Below, piece after piece: positions 50,601 to 59,166 of a DNA stretch of 64,000 nt. Within the stretch, counting starts at the first letter, position 1; every line of letters starts with the position of its first letter. Where the stretch lies: the NCBI GenBank assembly GCA_016794545.1, contig JAEUJX010000275.1, forward strand, positions 571-64,570. Direction: 5' to 3'. The notes below the pieces were generated by a model that ran no database searches, was not told the DNA's origin, and saw nothing but the letters and a program-made list of their open reading frames with translations. A program made the position numbers and the translations under genes. The stretch is from Myxococcales bacterium (lineage in GTDB: Bacteria; Myxococcota_A; Polyangia; Haliangiales; Haliangiaceae).

Positions 50601-50938
50601 GCTGGGGCACCGCGCGCGAGGGCGCGATCGTCGTCACCGCGGGCGACCCGCTCGACGCGCTGATCGTCGTCGAGGACGGCGAGCTCGAGCTCGGCGACCG
50701 CAGGATCGTCAAGGGCGAGGTCGTGGACGAGCTCGCGTGCTTCGCGCCGACCACCGTCTCCGCCGACCTCCGCGCCACGAAGCCGTCGCGCCTGATCCGC
50801 CTAGAGCGCGTCGACCTCGAGGAGCTGGTCGACGACGTGCCCGGCCTCGCCGCCGCCGTGTGCCGCGGCCTCGGCGAGCGGGCGCGCAGGGCGGAGGACT
50901 CCGGCTACAAGTCGCCGCTGTCGTCGCGCGCGCCCTGA
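47630..50938 (+). CDS. fusion protein: MFS/TLC-like transporter + HEAT-like helical repeats + C-terminal cyclic-nucleotide-binding domain
   Basis: The first ~430 aa contain about 12 TM segments. About 500 aa of Ala/Leu/Arg-rich helical repeats follow. The C-terminus is a cNMP beta-roll (VPLLASLSTRQLADVAERA...GAIVVTAGDPLDALIVVEDGELEL). Confidence 0.6.
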   Translation: MTAVATGARLVGGGLLRAEERALLVSAGGVFALASAGAAMTAASADAMFLSELGPGHLGEAVAVSSALLAVVLAIVGGLADRLERRRVLASLAMISGLVIAGLAALSLVAPTPAAVLTLIGGKQLAAGTDLAFWVVIAERLDARRSQRLLPVLAATGGAGATLGALLVVPLAEAGGARGVLVCGAVLLVLASVGAMRLPQTRRVGTAPVKVGGLITRSWRDGARAVRRHPLARHLAIVVACAGVFGSLAYFALGVEVAARGGSTGELAALLGAVRGGGQLVTLVVQLVIASRIIRGLGTGNALLLAPLVALLSGLGLVIAPILAVAIATQVSAKVMDAGIETPAEKLAQTLLPTAVRGRVSGFLDGTAKRAGAMLGGLIAALFAGTPGAFYAITAIAAAVWLLAATRTARALPSLAVEHVQQVGDADAAVDDRALAVLRKELAGPNPERAAEVLARLHERGRIDAIGPLVTAAVQKNRGPVWRSAIAVLDMPAETHGPALAEAVVGAGPRTRELALRALGLAGGVPAATIEDWKADRDPAIALTAEVAALRLARDKAGVLALLGDSVRDTGVTSRVAIDELAVEIARGLAARDDAHALEAARHLTRALRRKRGDIASRTFAYAALTRVVDWAAERRDAELSLLRSDLLELARERVDAGATPIAPDHQLSSLMRTPDAQADEAPEIAAALRLYGALLDGADAVEPDDLRRVARALGEADDDVRAAAEAALTALGPAAAGELISTAAWGRRRARDRAAALLAELPVTAGAIDRLIDAELDALDATHAAIAVLDQPGDALLARRLDERLHEIAHTVLLLVAARGRSRAVARAAVAWRHARGGQERARTLAVIQAALPRALVTRLVEAVDDLTVADRRAMLERADIAPPSRDDVITTELAGRDRLARGIVLDMLSASGRSAHRATIAGAARAEALSISPAELLRRVTDALTEPAPASEGEPDMPSRVETLIALGRVPLLASLSTRQLADVAERARWGTAREGAIVVTAGDPLDALIVVEDGELELGDRRIVKGEVVDELACFAPTTVSADLRATKPSRLIRLERVDLEELVDDVPGLAAAVCRGLGERARRAEDSGYKSPLSSRAP

Positions 50939-50947
50939 ACGTCACTG

Positions 50948-51406
50948 CTATGGCGGCGCGAGGTCGCGCGCGCAGATCTGCATCTGCTCGGTCGTGGTCG
51001 CCTTCGCGAAGCACTGCAAGGTCTCGGGCTTCCACTTGTCGCGCGTGCAGGCCTCGGCGGCGCGGCGGACGATCTTGGTCTTGTCCTGCTCGAGCGCGGC
51101 CTTCTGCGCGGGGTCCTTGGCCTCGGACAGCATGACGTCGGCGAGGTGGGTGCCCATGTCGAGGCACGGCTGCGTCGGCTCCGGCGGCGCGTCGGGCGGC
51201 GCGGCCACACCGGCGTCGACCGCGGCGCCGGGCGGCGGGCCCGGTGGCGTGCCCGGCGGCGGCGTGTTCGGCGGCGGCGTGTTCGGCGGCGGGTTCGCCG
51301 GGGCCGCTGCGGTGTTCGTCGGTTGCGCGGGCGCGGACTTCTTCGGCGGAGGCTCGTGCTCGCAGGCGGCCGCGAGCAGCACGAGGGAGAGCATCAGGCT
51401 ACGCAC
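50948..51406 (-). CDS. Pro-rich lipoprotein with C-terminal 4-Cys helical domain
   Basis: Lipobox LVLLAAAC and the linker PPPNTPPPNTPPPGTPPGPPPG. No family is recognised. Confidence 0.5.
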   Translation of the reverse strand: MRSLMLSLVLLAAACEHEPPPKKSAPAQPTNTAAAPANPPPNTPPPNTPPPGTPPGPPPGAAVDAGVAAPPDAPPEPTQPCLDMGTHLADVMLSEAKDPAQKAALEQDKTKIVRRAAEACTRDKWKPETLQCFAKATTTEQMQICARDLAPP

Positions 51407-51420
51407 GGCCGTACTCTACG

Positions 51421-53328
51421 CTACCGGCCGACGAACGGCCGTGCCTGGACGATCCAGACTTGCTCGCCCTCGAGCACCCACTCGACGTCGAGCGGCTGGC
51501 CGTGCGTGAACACCGGCGCGAACGCCTGGACCTGCTGGGCCAGGGCCTTGGCGCGCGCTTCGGTCAGGATCACGCCCTCGCCGGGCGGCACCGGGACCTC
51601 GCGGATGCCTCCGTTCGCGTCGAACTTCAGCATCACGGGGTCATCGGACCGGGAGATGATCTTCGTGCCGTCGTTGCTCGGGTCGTAGATGATCTGCTCG
51701 GGGACCTTCTGGCCCTCGACGACCTTCATGCCGAGCCCGAACTTCGCGTTGATCGTGAAGCTGCGGTCGTCGGTGGTGTCCCACAGGTTCTTGGTCACGA
51801 GCACGCCGGCGGCCGTCGCGTTGACGCCCACCTGGATCAGCACCCCGCCGTAGACCTGGCGGTGATCGATGCCGAACGCCTCGCGCTCGTCGACGGCGCG
51901 CAGCGTCCACACGCTCGCCCACACGCCCTTCAGCGCCTGACCGATCTCCTTCTTGCCGACGACGTTCGGGAACGTGTCGTAGAGGCCGGCGCCGTTGAAG
52001 CCCGGGAGGTCCTCGGCGTTCGTCGAGCTGCGCACGAACACGCCGCGGCCGCCGAGCTTGAGGCGCACGCGGCGGTAGATGAGATCGAGCGAGGCCTGAT
52101 CGATCGGCGCGTCGATGATCGCCTTGCGCATCTGCTCGAGCGCGGCCTTGCGCCACGCCGCGTCCTTCCACTGCGGGTCGGCGAGCATCGCGTCGATCCG
52201 CTTGTCGAGCCCGTTCTGCCGGAGGTGCTGCACGTAGTAGAAGAAGCCGACCCCGAAGCCCGGCGGCACGCGCACGCCCTCGAGGTTCGCGGTGACGATC
52301 TCGCCGAGGTTCGCGGACTTCACGCCGTAGATGTTCGCGTCCTTCGCGCGCATCCGCGTGAGCATCGCGAGGCGCGGGTTGTCGAGGATCGCCTTGGGCA
52401 TCTCGACGTGCTTCGCCGCGGCGATCTTGCTCGCGGCCTCCTCGATCTCCTTCGGCGTCGCCTCGCGCATCAGCATCGAGGTGTCGTTGACCTCGTAGTA
52501 GACCATCTTGCCGTCGAGCTTCCCGTACTTGTCCCGGGCCTTCTTGTCGCCGGCGTTCGGGATCCCCCACGCGTTCGCGCGGAGGTTCACGTGCGAGAGC
52601 GGCGTCGAGAACGTGGTCGCGAGGATGCCGGAGACCGGCGTGATGTCCGGGTAGCTCTCCTGGAGCAGCACGATGTCGTGGCGGTCGAACGTGAGCGCCT
52701 CGTACGGCGTGCCCACGGGCACGACCTTGAGCTTTCCGACCGCCTTGCCCTTGTTGAACGCCTGGTACGTCGCGCTCTTGTAGAGCTCGTCGTTGGTGAC
52801 GATCTTGACGCCCTTCTTCTTCACGTCGCCCGCGACGATGATCTGCATCGGCGAGTCGGGGCGGAACGGCAGCTCCTTCTTGAAGAACGCCTCCTCGAGC
52901 CGCTTCTTCGCCCGGACCACGTCGTCGGGGCCGATCTTGTCGCCCTCCCAGAACGCGAAGCTCCAGCGGTCGACCTTGATGTGGTGCGTCAGGTACCCGA
53001 GGATGAACTTCGGTTTGATCCGCTCGTAGTTCTTGTTGTACTCGCGGATGTTGTCGGCGGTCCACGCCTTCTTCAGCAGCACGCCGAGCACGAAGTCCGC
53101 GTGGATGTTGAAGAGGTTGACGTCGAAGAAGTAGATGTCGTTGGTCTTCAGGTCGATGATGAACTTCCCGAGCTCGTCGGTCGCGACGATCTTCGAGTAG
53201 CGCTTCCACGTCGCCTCGTCGGGAACGGACTTCACCCAGGCGCGCTGCTCGCCCGCGTGAACCGGGCGTCCGATCGCGCACAGCGTCACCGCGATCGCGA
53301 CGGCGAGGACCCACGCTCGGTGCTTCAT
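51421..53328 (-). CDS. PEP/pyruvate-binding (PPDK_N ATP-grasp) protein with preceding phospho-His swivel-like domain and signal peptide
   Basis: Signal MKHRAWVLAVAIAVTLCAIGRPVHA. A mobile-domain-like motif (GILATTFSTPLSHVNLRANAWGIPN) is followed by PPDK_N-type sequence (IYGVKSANLGE, RSSTNAEDLPGFNGAGLYDT, VWASVW). The composition is Lys/Asn/Ile/Tyr-rich, unlike the neighbouring genes. Confidence 0.7.
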   Translation of the reverse strand: MKHRAWVLAVAIAVTLCAIGRPVHAGEQRAWVKSVPDEATWKRYSKIVATDELGKFIIDLKTNDIYFFDVNLFNIHADFVLGVLLKKAWTADNIREYNKNYERIKPKFILGYLTHHIKVDRWSFAFWEGDKIGPDDVVRAKKRLEEAFFKKELPFRPDSPMQIIVAGDVKKKGVKIVTNDELYKSATYQAFNKGKAVGKLKVVPVGTPYEALTFDRHDIVLLQESYPDITPVSGILATTFSTPLSHVNLRANAWGIPNAGDKKARDKYGKLDGKMVYYEVNDTSMLMREATPKEIEEAASKIAAAKHVEMPKAILDNPRLAMLTRMRAKDANIYGVKSANLGEIVTANLEGVRVPPGFGVGFFYYVQHLRQNGLDKRIDAMLADPQWKDAAWRKAALEQMRKAIIDAPIDQASLDLIYRRVRLKLGGRGVFVRSSTNAEDLPGFNGAGLYDTFPNVVGKKEIGQALKGVWASVWTLRAVDEREAFGIDHRQVYGGVLIQVGVNATAAGVLVTKNLWDTTDDRSFTINAKFGLGMKVVEGQKVPEQIIYDPSNDGTKIISRSDDPVMLKFDANGGIREVPVPPGEGVILTEARAKALAQQVQAFAPVFTHGQPLDVEWVLEGEQVWIVQARPFVGR

Positions 53329-53356
53329 GCCTCCTTATAACGCGTATAGTCCGCGC

Positions 53357-54658
53357 GTGGTCTCGCCAGGCTCTTCCGACAAGGGCGCGCGTGCCGCCAA
53401 CCTGGCGGTGCTCGTCGCGGCGCTCGGGTACTTCGTCGACATCTACGACCTCATCCTGTTCGGCATGGTCCGCACGCCGAGCCTCAAGGCGCTCGGCCTG
53501 TCCGGCGACGCGCTGACGACCGAGGGCGTGTACCTGCTCAACATGCAGATGGGCGGCATGCTCATCGGCGGTGTGTTCTGGGGCGTGCTCGGCGACAAAC
53601 GCGGGCGGCTCTCGGTGCTGTTCGGCTCGATCGCGATGTACTCGGTCGCGAACCTCGTCAACGGCGCCGTCGACTCGATCGAGGCGTATGCGTGGTGCCG
53701 CCTGATCGCCGGCATCGGCCTCGCGGGCGAGCTCGGCGCCGGCATCACGCTGGTCAGCGAGCTGATGGGCCGCCACAACCGCGGCGTCGGGACCACGCTG
53801 GTCGCGGCGCTCGGCGTGTCGGGCGGCGTGGTCGCCGGCCTGATCGGCGGCGCGTTCCCCGGCATCGGCGTCGACTGGCGAACCGCCTACTACATCGGCG
53901 GCGCCATGGGCCTCGCGCTGCTCGCGCTGCGGATCGGCGTCGTCGAGAGCGGCATGTTCCACTCGACGGTCCAGAAGAAGTCCGTGTCGCGCGGCAACTT
54001 CTTCCAGCTGTTCACGAGCTGGAAGCGGTTCAAGCGCTATCTCGCGATCATCCTGGTCGGCGTTCCGGTCTGGTACGTCATCGGCATCATGTTCGTGTTC
54101 TCGCGCGAGCTCGGCGCCGCGATGGGGCTCGATCCCGCACCGAACCCGGCGACCGCGCTGTTCTTCTGCTACGCCGGCTGCGCCGTCGGCGGCATGGCGT
54201 GTGGCCTGCTCAGCCAGCACCTGAAGTCGCGCAAGAAGGCGCTCGCGATCTTCCTCGGCGCCACAGCATTGTCGATGGTGCTGTACTTCACGATCGGCGG
54301 ATCCTCCGCCACCGTGTTCTACGTGATCAGCGCGTACGGCGGCTTCGCCTCCGGCTACTGGTCGGTGTTCGTGTCGACCGCCGCCGAGCTGTTCGGGACG
54401 AACCTGCGCGCGACCGTGACGACGACCGTGCCGAACTTCGTGCGCGGCTCCGCCGTGCTCGTGACCACCGCCTTCACCCTGCTGACGCCCAGCCTGGGCA
54501 TGGTCGGCTCCGCGATCGCCGTCGGCAGCGGCACGCTCGTCGTCGCGGTCGCCGGCCTCGCCACGCTGCCCGAGACGTTCGCGTGCGACCTCGACTTCCA
54601 CGAGGAGGACGAGGAGCCGCCGAAGCCCGATCTGCCGCGCGCTAGCGTGGAAGCGTGA
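53357..54658 (+). CDS. MFS transporter
   Basis: About 12 TM segments and the MFS signature GVLGDKRGR. Start moved to GTG 53357, because ATG 53327 overlaps the start codon of the divergent gene. Confidence 0.8.
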   Translation: MVSPGSSDKGARAANLAVLVAALGYFVDIYDLILFGMVRTPSLKALGLSGDALTTEGVYLLNMQMGGMLIGGVFWGVLGDKRGRLSVLFGSIAMYSVANLVNGAVDSIEAYAWCRLIAGIGLAGELGAGITLVSELMGRHNRGVGTTLVAALGVSGGVVAGLIGGAFPGIGVDWRTAYYIGGAMGLALLALRIGVVESGMFHSTVQKKSVSRGNFFQLFTSWKRFKRYLAIILVGVPVWYVIGIMFVFSRELGAAMGLDPAPNPATALFFCYAGCAVGGMACGLLSQHLKSRKKALAIFLGATALSMVLYFTIGGSSATVFYVISAYGGFASGYWSVFVSTAAELFGTNLRATVTTTVPNFVRGSAVLVTTAFTLLTPSLGMVGSAIAVGSGTLVVAVAGLATLPETFACDLDFHEEDEEPPKPDLPRASVEA

Positions 54659-55166
54659 TGTTCGGGATGCGCCCCTTCGCGAGCGCACCATCGCCGTTCG
54701 GGATGAACGCCATCGAGCTCATCGTGTTCGCGCCGGTGTAGCGGAAGATGAACTGATCGCCCTCCTGGAAGTCGATCGCCGGCGCCTCCTGATCGATCTC
54801 GTAGGGCTGCGCGTCGTAGACCCCGCCGGGCAGCGGCTCGAAGTGGTGCATCCACGTCGCCAGGGTGACGTCGGTCGAGCCGCGCCGGTGGATCAGATCG
54901 AAGGTGACGTCGACCGCCCGGATGATGATCGCGTCGCAGATCACGCGGTACGTGCCGGCGGGCACGTCGGCCTTCAGCGAGTACGGAGCTTCGAGGGATC
55001 CACCGGACCCCACACCGGGTGCTCAATACGGGCGCGGCTCGGAGTCGACCAGCTTCACGCGGAGCTCGCTGCCGTCGAGCGCGAGCCACAGGGTCTCGGG
55101 GTTCCCCGGATCGGAGGGGCAGGCCGCGAGCAGGAGCACGGCGGCGAGGAGGAGCGGGGCGCGCAC
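54642..55166 (-). pseudogene. lipoprotein gene interrupted by an in-frame TGA (pseudogene or recoding)
   Basis: GTG 55166 lies 2 nt after the upstream TAG and gives VRAPLLLAAVLLLAAC...SEPRPY, then a TGA at 55023-55025. The same frame continues as APGVGSGGSLEAPYSLK... to 54642, which is the listed ORF 54642..55013. The downstream part has no signal peptide of its own. Confidence 0.45.
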
Positions 55167-55168
55167 CG

Positions 55169-55810
55169 CTACTTCTTCCCCGGTGAGGGCGCCGGGGGCG
55201 CGGTGAACACGGCGATGAAGTGGGTCGGCACGGGGGTCGACTCTGATTGGAGCACGAGGCCTGCCTTCCGGGCAGCCTCCATCGACCGGGGGCGGTGGTG
55301 GATCCGGTTGGAGATCACGATCCGGCCACCCGGCTTCAGCGCCTCGGTCGCGTCCTTGAGCCACGCGACCTCGTCCGAGAAGTAGTGATCGACTTCTGCC
55401 AGCAGGATCGCGTCGTACGCCCCGGCCTCGAGCCCCGGGGTCTCCGCGCCGACCACCCGGCGCTCCACCACGTCGGCCAGGCCCTGGGCCGCGAGCCGCG
55501 ACTGGAGCAGCTCGAGCACCGCGCCATCGATATCGGTGGCGACCACCGTGCCGTTGGGGGCCACCGCGCGAGCGAGGTGCACGGTCAGCAGGCCGGTGCC
55601 GGCGCCGATGTCGGCCACCCGCGAGCCCGGCTTGATCCCGAGCGCTTCCACGACCTTCTCCGGCTTGCGCTCGCTGTCGAACCGCTGCTGCTCGCGGGCG
55701 GTGTCGGCCGAGCCGCTGACCGCGCCGGTGCCACCCTCGCCGCCGCCGTTGTCCTTCTTGCCGCCGCATGCTGCGACGAGCAGCAACAGGCAGAGGGCAG
55801 CGTGGCGCAT
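55169..55810 (-). CDS. class I SAM-dependent methyltransferase with lipoprotein signal
   Basis: Lipobox LLLLVAAC, SAM motif I VADIGAGTGLLT, and the post-I acidic residue in VATDID. Confidence 0.8.
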   Translation of the reverse strand: MRHAALCLLLLVAACGGKKDNGGGEGGTGAVSGSADTAREQQRFDSERKPEKVVEALGIKPGSRVADIGAGTGLLTVHLARAVAPNGTVVATDIDGAVLELLQSRLAAQGLADVVERRVVGAETPGLEAGAYDAILLAEVDHYFSDEVAWLKDATEALKPGGRIVISNRIHHRPRSMEAARKAGLVLQSESTPVPTHFIAVFTAPPAPSPGKK

Positions 55811-55887
55811 CGCGGTTAGCCTACCAGACGTACGAAAGGGTCGCCGGATTCGACCGGCGACCCCGCTTCATACTACGTCACGTTGAC

Positions 55888-57276
55888 TCAGATCTCTTTC
55901 GGGAGACCGAAGTTGCCCGAGATGGTGAGGCCGTTGGCGAACTGCGAGATCGCGCGCTCGTCGCGCTTCGCGATCGCGTAGGCGATCGAGGCCATCGCGA
56001 ACCGCGCGGTGTTCGCGCCGTTGTACTGGACCGCCTCGCCCCTCGCGTCGAAGCCACGGACCGTGCCGTTGCGATCGATGCTGCCGAAGTTGCCGCTCCG
56101 CAGGTGACCCGCGCTGTACACGTAGACGCGGTTGGTGTTGCCCGGCGTGCCATCCGGCCAGCCGCCGCGCTGCAGCGGGTTCTTCGTGGTGTCGCCGTGG
56201 ATCGTGATGACCGTGTCATCGGCGAGCGCCTTCAGCGTGTTGTCGTCCACGGTGTCGGTCAGGTCCTTCATGAACCCGTCGAACACGCCCTTGAGCTGCG
56301 CGGGCACCGTGTTGACGTCGCCGGAGTCGAACGCGCCGTGCGGATCGTCGCGCATGGCGGGGAGGGTGACCGAGTTGGTCAGGCCCATCTTGAACGCCTT
56401 GACGGTGACGATCAGCGCGCGGCCGATGTTCGCGACGTTCTGGCGGGTGCCGGCGCCGATGCCGTAGCGCGTCAGGTCCGCCGGCGTGATCGCGAGCTGC
56501 GCCGCCAGGTTCTTGCCGAGGAACTGCGCTGCGCCCTGCGCCGTGGTGTAGGCGATCTTCGTCGTCGAGCGGTTCGCCGCGCGGTTCAGCTGGATGAACG
56601 CGTCGTAGTGCGCCTTGTAGAGATCCGCATCGGCCGAGACCGAGAGCAGACCGCCCGCGCGCGACGCGGCCGAGTTGAACAGACCGACGATGCCATCGCC
56701 GTTGTTGACGTTCGCGGGCCGCGCGCTGCCGGCCGCGGTGCCGAAGTCGACGTCGCCGATGGTCACCGCGGGGATGACCGACGGGTTCGCCGACTGGAGC
56801 GCGCTCGCGACCGCGAAGATGTTCGCGCCGTTGAGGCCGACGACCGACTGCGGCTGGTTGGTGTGCGTCTCGTTCGAGCCGCAGGTGAAGCACGTGACCT
56901 GACGGCCGGCGGGCAGGTTTGCCCACGGCGTGTCGGGGCCGATCGCGAGCGGCTTCGCGGTGCCGGGGACCAGCATCGCCTGGCCGGGCTTGTGCCAGGC
57001 GAAGTTGTTGTTGCCGGCCATCGCGATGTCGACCTGCGGCCAGAGCAGCTGGAACCAGGCGAGACCGCCGTTGCCGGCGACGATGTGCACCGAGCGCGTG
57101 AACGCGTTGTCGGCGGCGGCGAACGCGACGCCCTTGCCGGCGGTGCCTTCGAGGATGTCGAACACCTTCGAGCGCGAGACGCCGAGGGCGGCACCCGCGG
57201 CGACGCTCCACTTGATCAGGGCGCGGCGCGTGATCTGACGCTTCTCGTCACGCACGCTCGTATGAGACTTGGCCAT
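55888..57276 (-). CDS. DUF1501-like (sulfatase-fold) protein with twin-arginine signal
   Basis: ATG 57276 has AAGGA upstream. The Tat motif is TRRALIKWSVAAGAALG. The body resembles DUF1501 partners of PSCyt/PSD-type proteins. The product is 462 aa. Confidence 0.6.
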   Translation of the reverse strand: MAKSHTSVRDEKRQITRRALIKWSVAAGAALGVSRSKVFDILEGTAGKGVAFAAADNAFTRSVHIVAGNGGLAWFQLLWPQVDIAMAGNNNFAWHKPGQAMLVPGTAKPLAIGPDTPWANLPAGRQVTCFTCGSNETHTNQPQSVVGLNGANIFAVASALQSANPSVIPAVTIGDVDFGTAAGSARPANVNNGDGIVGLFNSAASRAGGLLSVSADADLYKAHYDAFIQLNRAANRSTTKIAYTTAQGAAQFLGKNLAAQLAITPADLTRYGIGAGTRQNVANIGRALIVTVKAFKMGLTNSVTLPAMRDDPHGAFDSGDVNTVPAQLKGVFDGFMKDLTDTVDDNTLKALADDTVITIHGDTTKNPLQRGGWPDGTPGNTNRVYVYSAGHLRSGNFGSIDRNGTVRGFDARGEAVQYNGANTARFAMASIAYAIAKRDERAISQFANGLTISGNFGLPKEI

Positions 57277-57289
57277 GGTCGTGGGTCCT

Positions 57290-57979
57290 TTACTCGCAGG
57301 TGTAGGCCGCGGCGAGGAGCGCCGCGACGGCAAGGCGCTTGCCGGTGTCGACCGACGAGGCGCGCTGGATGGTGATGTTGCAGAGGTCGAGGTGCGCGGC
57401 CGTCGCCGGCACGCCGAGGAGGCACGTGATGCCGCTCGCCTCGCACTGGTTCTGGGCGTTGAACAGGGCCGCCGGAGCGCCGGTCGGTCCGCCGACCTTG
57501 CAGCGGTTCAGGTTGCCGATGTTCGCGATGATCTCCGGCGCCGCGGCGGCGAAGATGTCGAACTCGCGCGACGCGCCCGAGGTCGAGATGCCGATGTTCT
57601 CGCGGATGCGGTTCGCGTAGTTCGGCGCGCCCATCGCGTTGTCACCGCTGTTGTAGAGGCCCGCGGCGGTCAGCGCGCCGGCGGTTCCGACACCGACGTT
57701 CGCGACGCCGAGCGAGGTCAGCACGCGACCGAGGGTCTCGTAGCGGACCTTCGAGCACGAGTGCACCTTCGAGGTGTACTTGGGCGGCCCTTCCTTCTGG
57801 AGCCGGTCGAGCAGCTCCCACGGGGAGATGCCGTCGTTCATGTGATCGAACGTGGACTCGGGGTCGCCGGAGGTCGAGCCCGGCGGGGGCGTGTTGCCCG
57901 TGTCCACGGTGTCGTCGGTGCACGCCGCTGCGGCGAGTCCGAGGGAGGCGACCAGGAGGGTGTAGTTGATGCTCTTCAT
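57290..57979 (-). CDS. hypothetical lipoprotein (229 aa)
   Basis: ATG 57979 gives MKSINYTLLVASLGLAAAAC. The protein has 7 Cys and no family is recognised. Confidence 0.55.
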   Translation of the reverse strand: MKSINYTLLVASLGLAAAACTDDTVDTGNTPPPGSTSGDPESTFDHMNDGISPWELLDRLQKEGPPKYTSKVHSCSKVRYETLGRVLTSLGVANVGVGTAGALTAAGLYNSGDNAMGAPNYANRIRENIGISTSGASREFDIFAAAAPEIIANIGNLNRCKVGGPTGAPAALFNAQNQCEASGITCLLGVPATAAHLDLCNITIQRASSVDTGKRLAVAALLAAAYTCE

Positions 57980-57990
57980 GGGTCGGCTCC

Positions 57991-59157
57991 TCAGAACTTC
58001 ACGAAGTCGTCGCTGGTGTAGACCGAGTAGATCAGATCCTTCAGCTTGAACCCGTTCGCGATGAACTTGTCGAGCTGCTCCTGGATCGTCTCCTTCGGCA
58101 CTTCCTGCAGGGTGTCCACGATGTCGGTCTTGCCGAGCGCCCAGTTCCAGACGCGGGCGACGCCGCACTTCTGGACCGAGACGTCCGCGGCCATCGCGGC
58201 GCCGAGGGCCGGCAGGTCCGCGGTCGCGACGCCGAAGCGCCACGCCGTGGTCTCGCCGGGAGGCAGGTAGTCGCTCAGCTGCGCCATCGGCGCGCCGTCG
58301 AGCGGCGTCGGCACGCTGATCGCCGTGCGGTAGACACCGTTCATGTCGTAGTTCGCGAACAGCGGCGCGATGTGGTTCAGCGACTGGTGGCAGTTCGCGC
58401 AGATGACGGCCGACACGTCCTGGAAGTTCACGCGGCCGGTCTGGAGGCCGGAGATCGAGGCGAACGGCCACACGCCGATGTACGGGGCGGCGCCGCCGAC
58501 ATCCTGCGGCGTGCCGGAGAGCTCGACGGGGAACTTGGTGCAGTCGAACGTCTCCTGCACCCAGCGCACGCGCCGGAACGCGAAGTTGCCGAAGTAGTGC
58601 TTCATCGCGCCGGGGTTCGTGATGACGCCGGCCTGCGGGCCGGTGCCCGCGCAGTTCGCCGCGGTGATCGTCGTGCCGCCCGCGCCGACCGTCGGACAGT
58701 TGCCCGTGGTCGCCGTGAACAGCTCGAGGTAGCTGCGGTTCTCGACGGCGAGCTGCGCCGCGAACGCCGGAGCGGCGTCCATCTCGGCGGTCTCGCCCAT
58801 CTTGAACGTGTCGCGCCAGAACATGAGCATCTGGCGCGTGAACGCCGGGCGGCTCATGTACTCGGCGATGCGCGCGTCATACGCCGCCTTCTTCGCCGGC
58901 AGGTCGACGGCGTTCTGGATCTCGAGGATCTCGTCCATCGTCGGCAGGTCGCCGACGAGGCGCAGGGCCGCGGTCTTCAACGCCGCGTTGTAGTCGTACT
59001 CGCGGGTGCCGAGGAGCTGGTCCCACTCATCTCCGGCGGAGCCGGAGCCGGAGCCAGAGCCCGAGCCGTCGTCGTCGCCCGTTCCCGGGTCGTCGCTGGT
59101 GCACGCTGGGACCGCGAACGACGTCGCGGCCACGAGCAAGATGCTGATCCTCTTCAT
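57991..59157 (-). CDS. DUF1588/DUF1592-like lipoprotein with one CxxCH motif
   Basis: Lipobox FAVPAC, a (GS)n linker, and a haem-c-type motif ICANCHQSLNH. The family call is by resemblance. Confidence 0.55.
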   Translation of the reverse strand: MKRISILLVAATSFAVPACTSDDPGTGDDDGSGSGSGSGSAGDEWDQLLGTREYDYNAALKTAALRLVGDLPTMDEILEIQNAVDLPAKKAAYDARIAEYMSRPAFTRQMLMFWRDTFKMGETAEMDAAPAFAAQLAVENRSYLELFTATTGNCPTVGAGGTTITAANCAGTGPQAGVITNPGAMKHYFGNFAFRRVRWVQETFDCTKFPVELSGTPQDVGGAAPYIGVWPFASISGLQTGRVNFQDVSAVICANCHQSLNHIAPLFANYDMNGVYRTAISVPTPLDGAPMAQLSDYLPPGETTAWRFGVATADLPALGAAMAADVSVQKCGVARVWNWALGKTDIVDTLQEVPKETIQEQLDKFIANGFKLKDLIYSVYTSDDFVKF

Positions 59158-59166
59158 CGGGGCTCC

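Noticed and set aside
53327-53356. ATG 53327 as the start of the MFS transporter.
   Set aside because: It overlaps by 2 nt, on the opposite strand, the start codon of the divergent PEP-utilising gene. GTG 53357 leaves a plausible shared promoter spacer that includes the AT-richer ttataacgcgtatag.
55023-55025. The TGA in the lipoprotein gene, considered as a second selenocysteine codon.
   Set aside because: There is no Cys partner or redox-motif context (PRPY-U-APG), and only a weak 4-bp hairpin follows. A nonsense mutation or sequencing error is more parsimonious. It is kept as a lower-interest finding.
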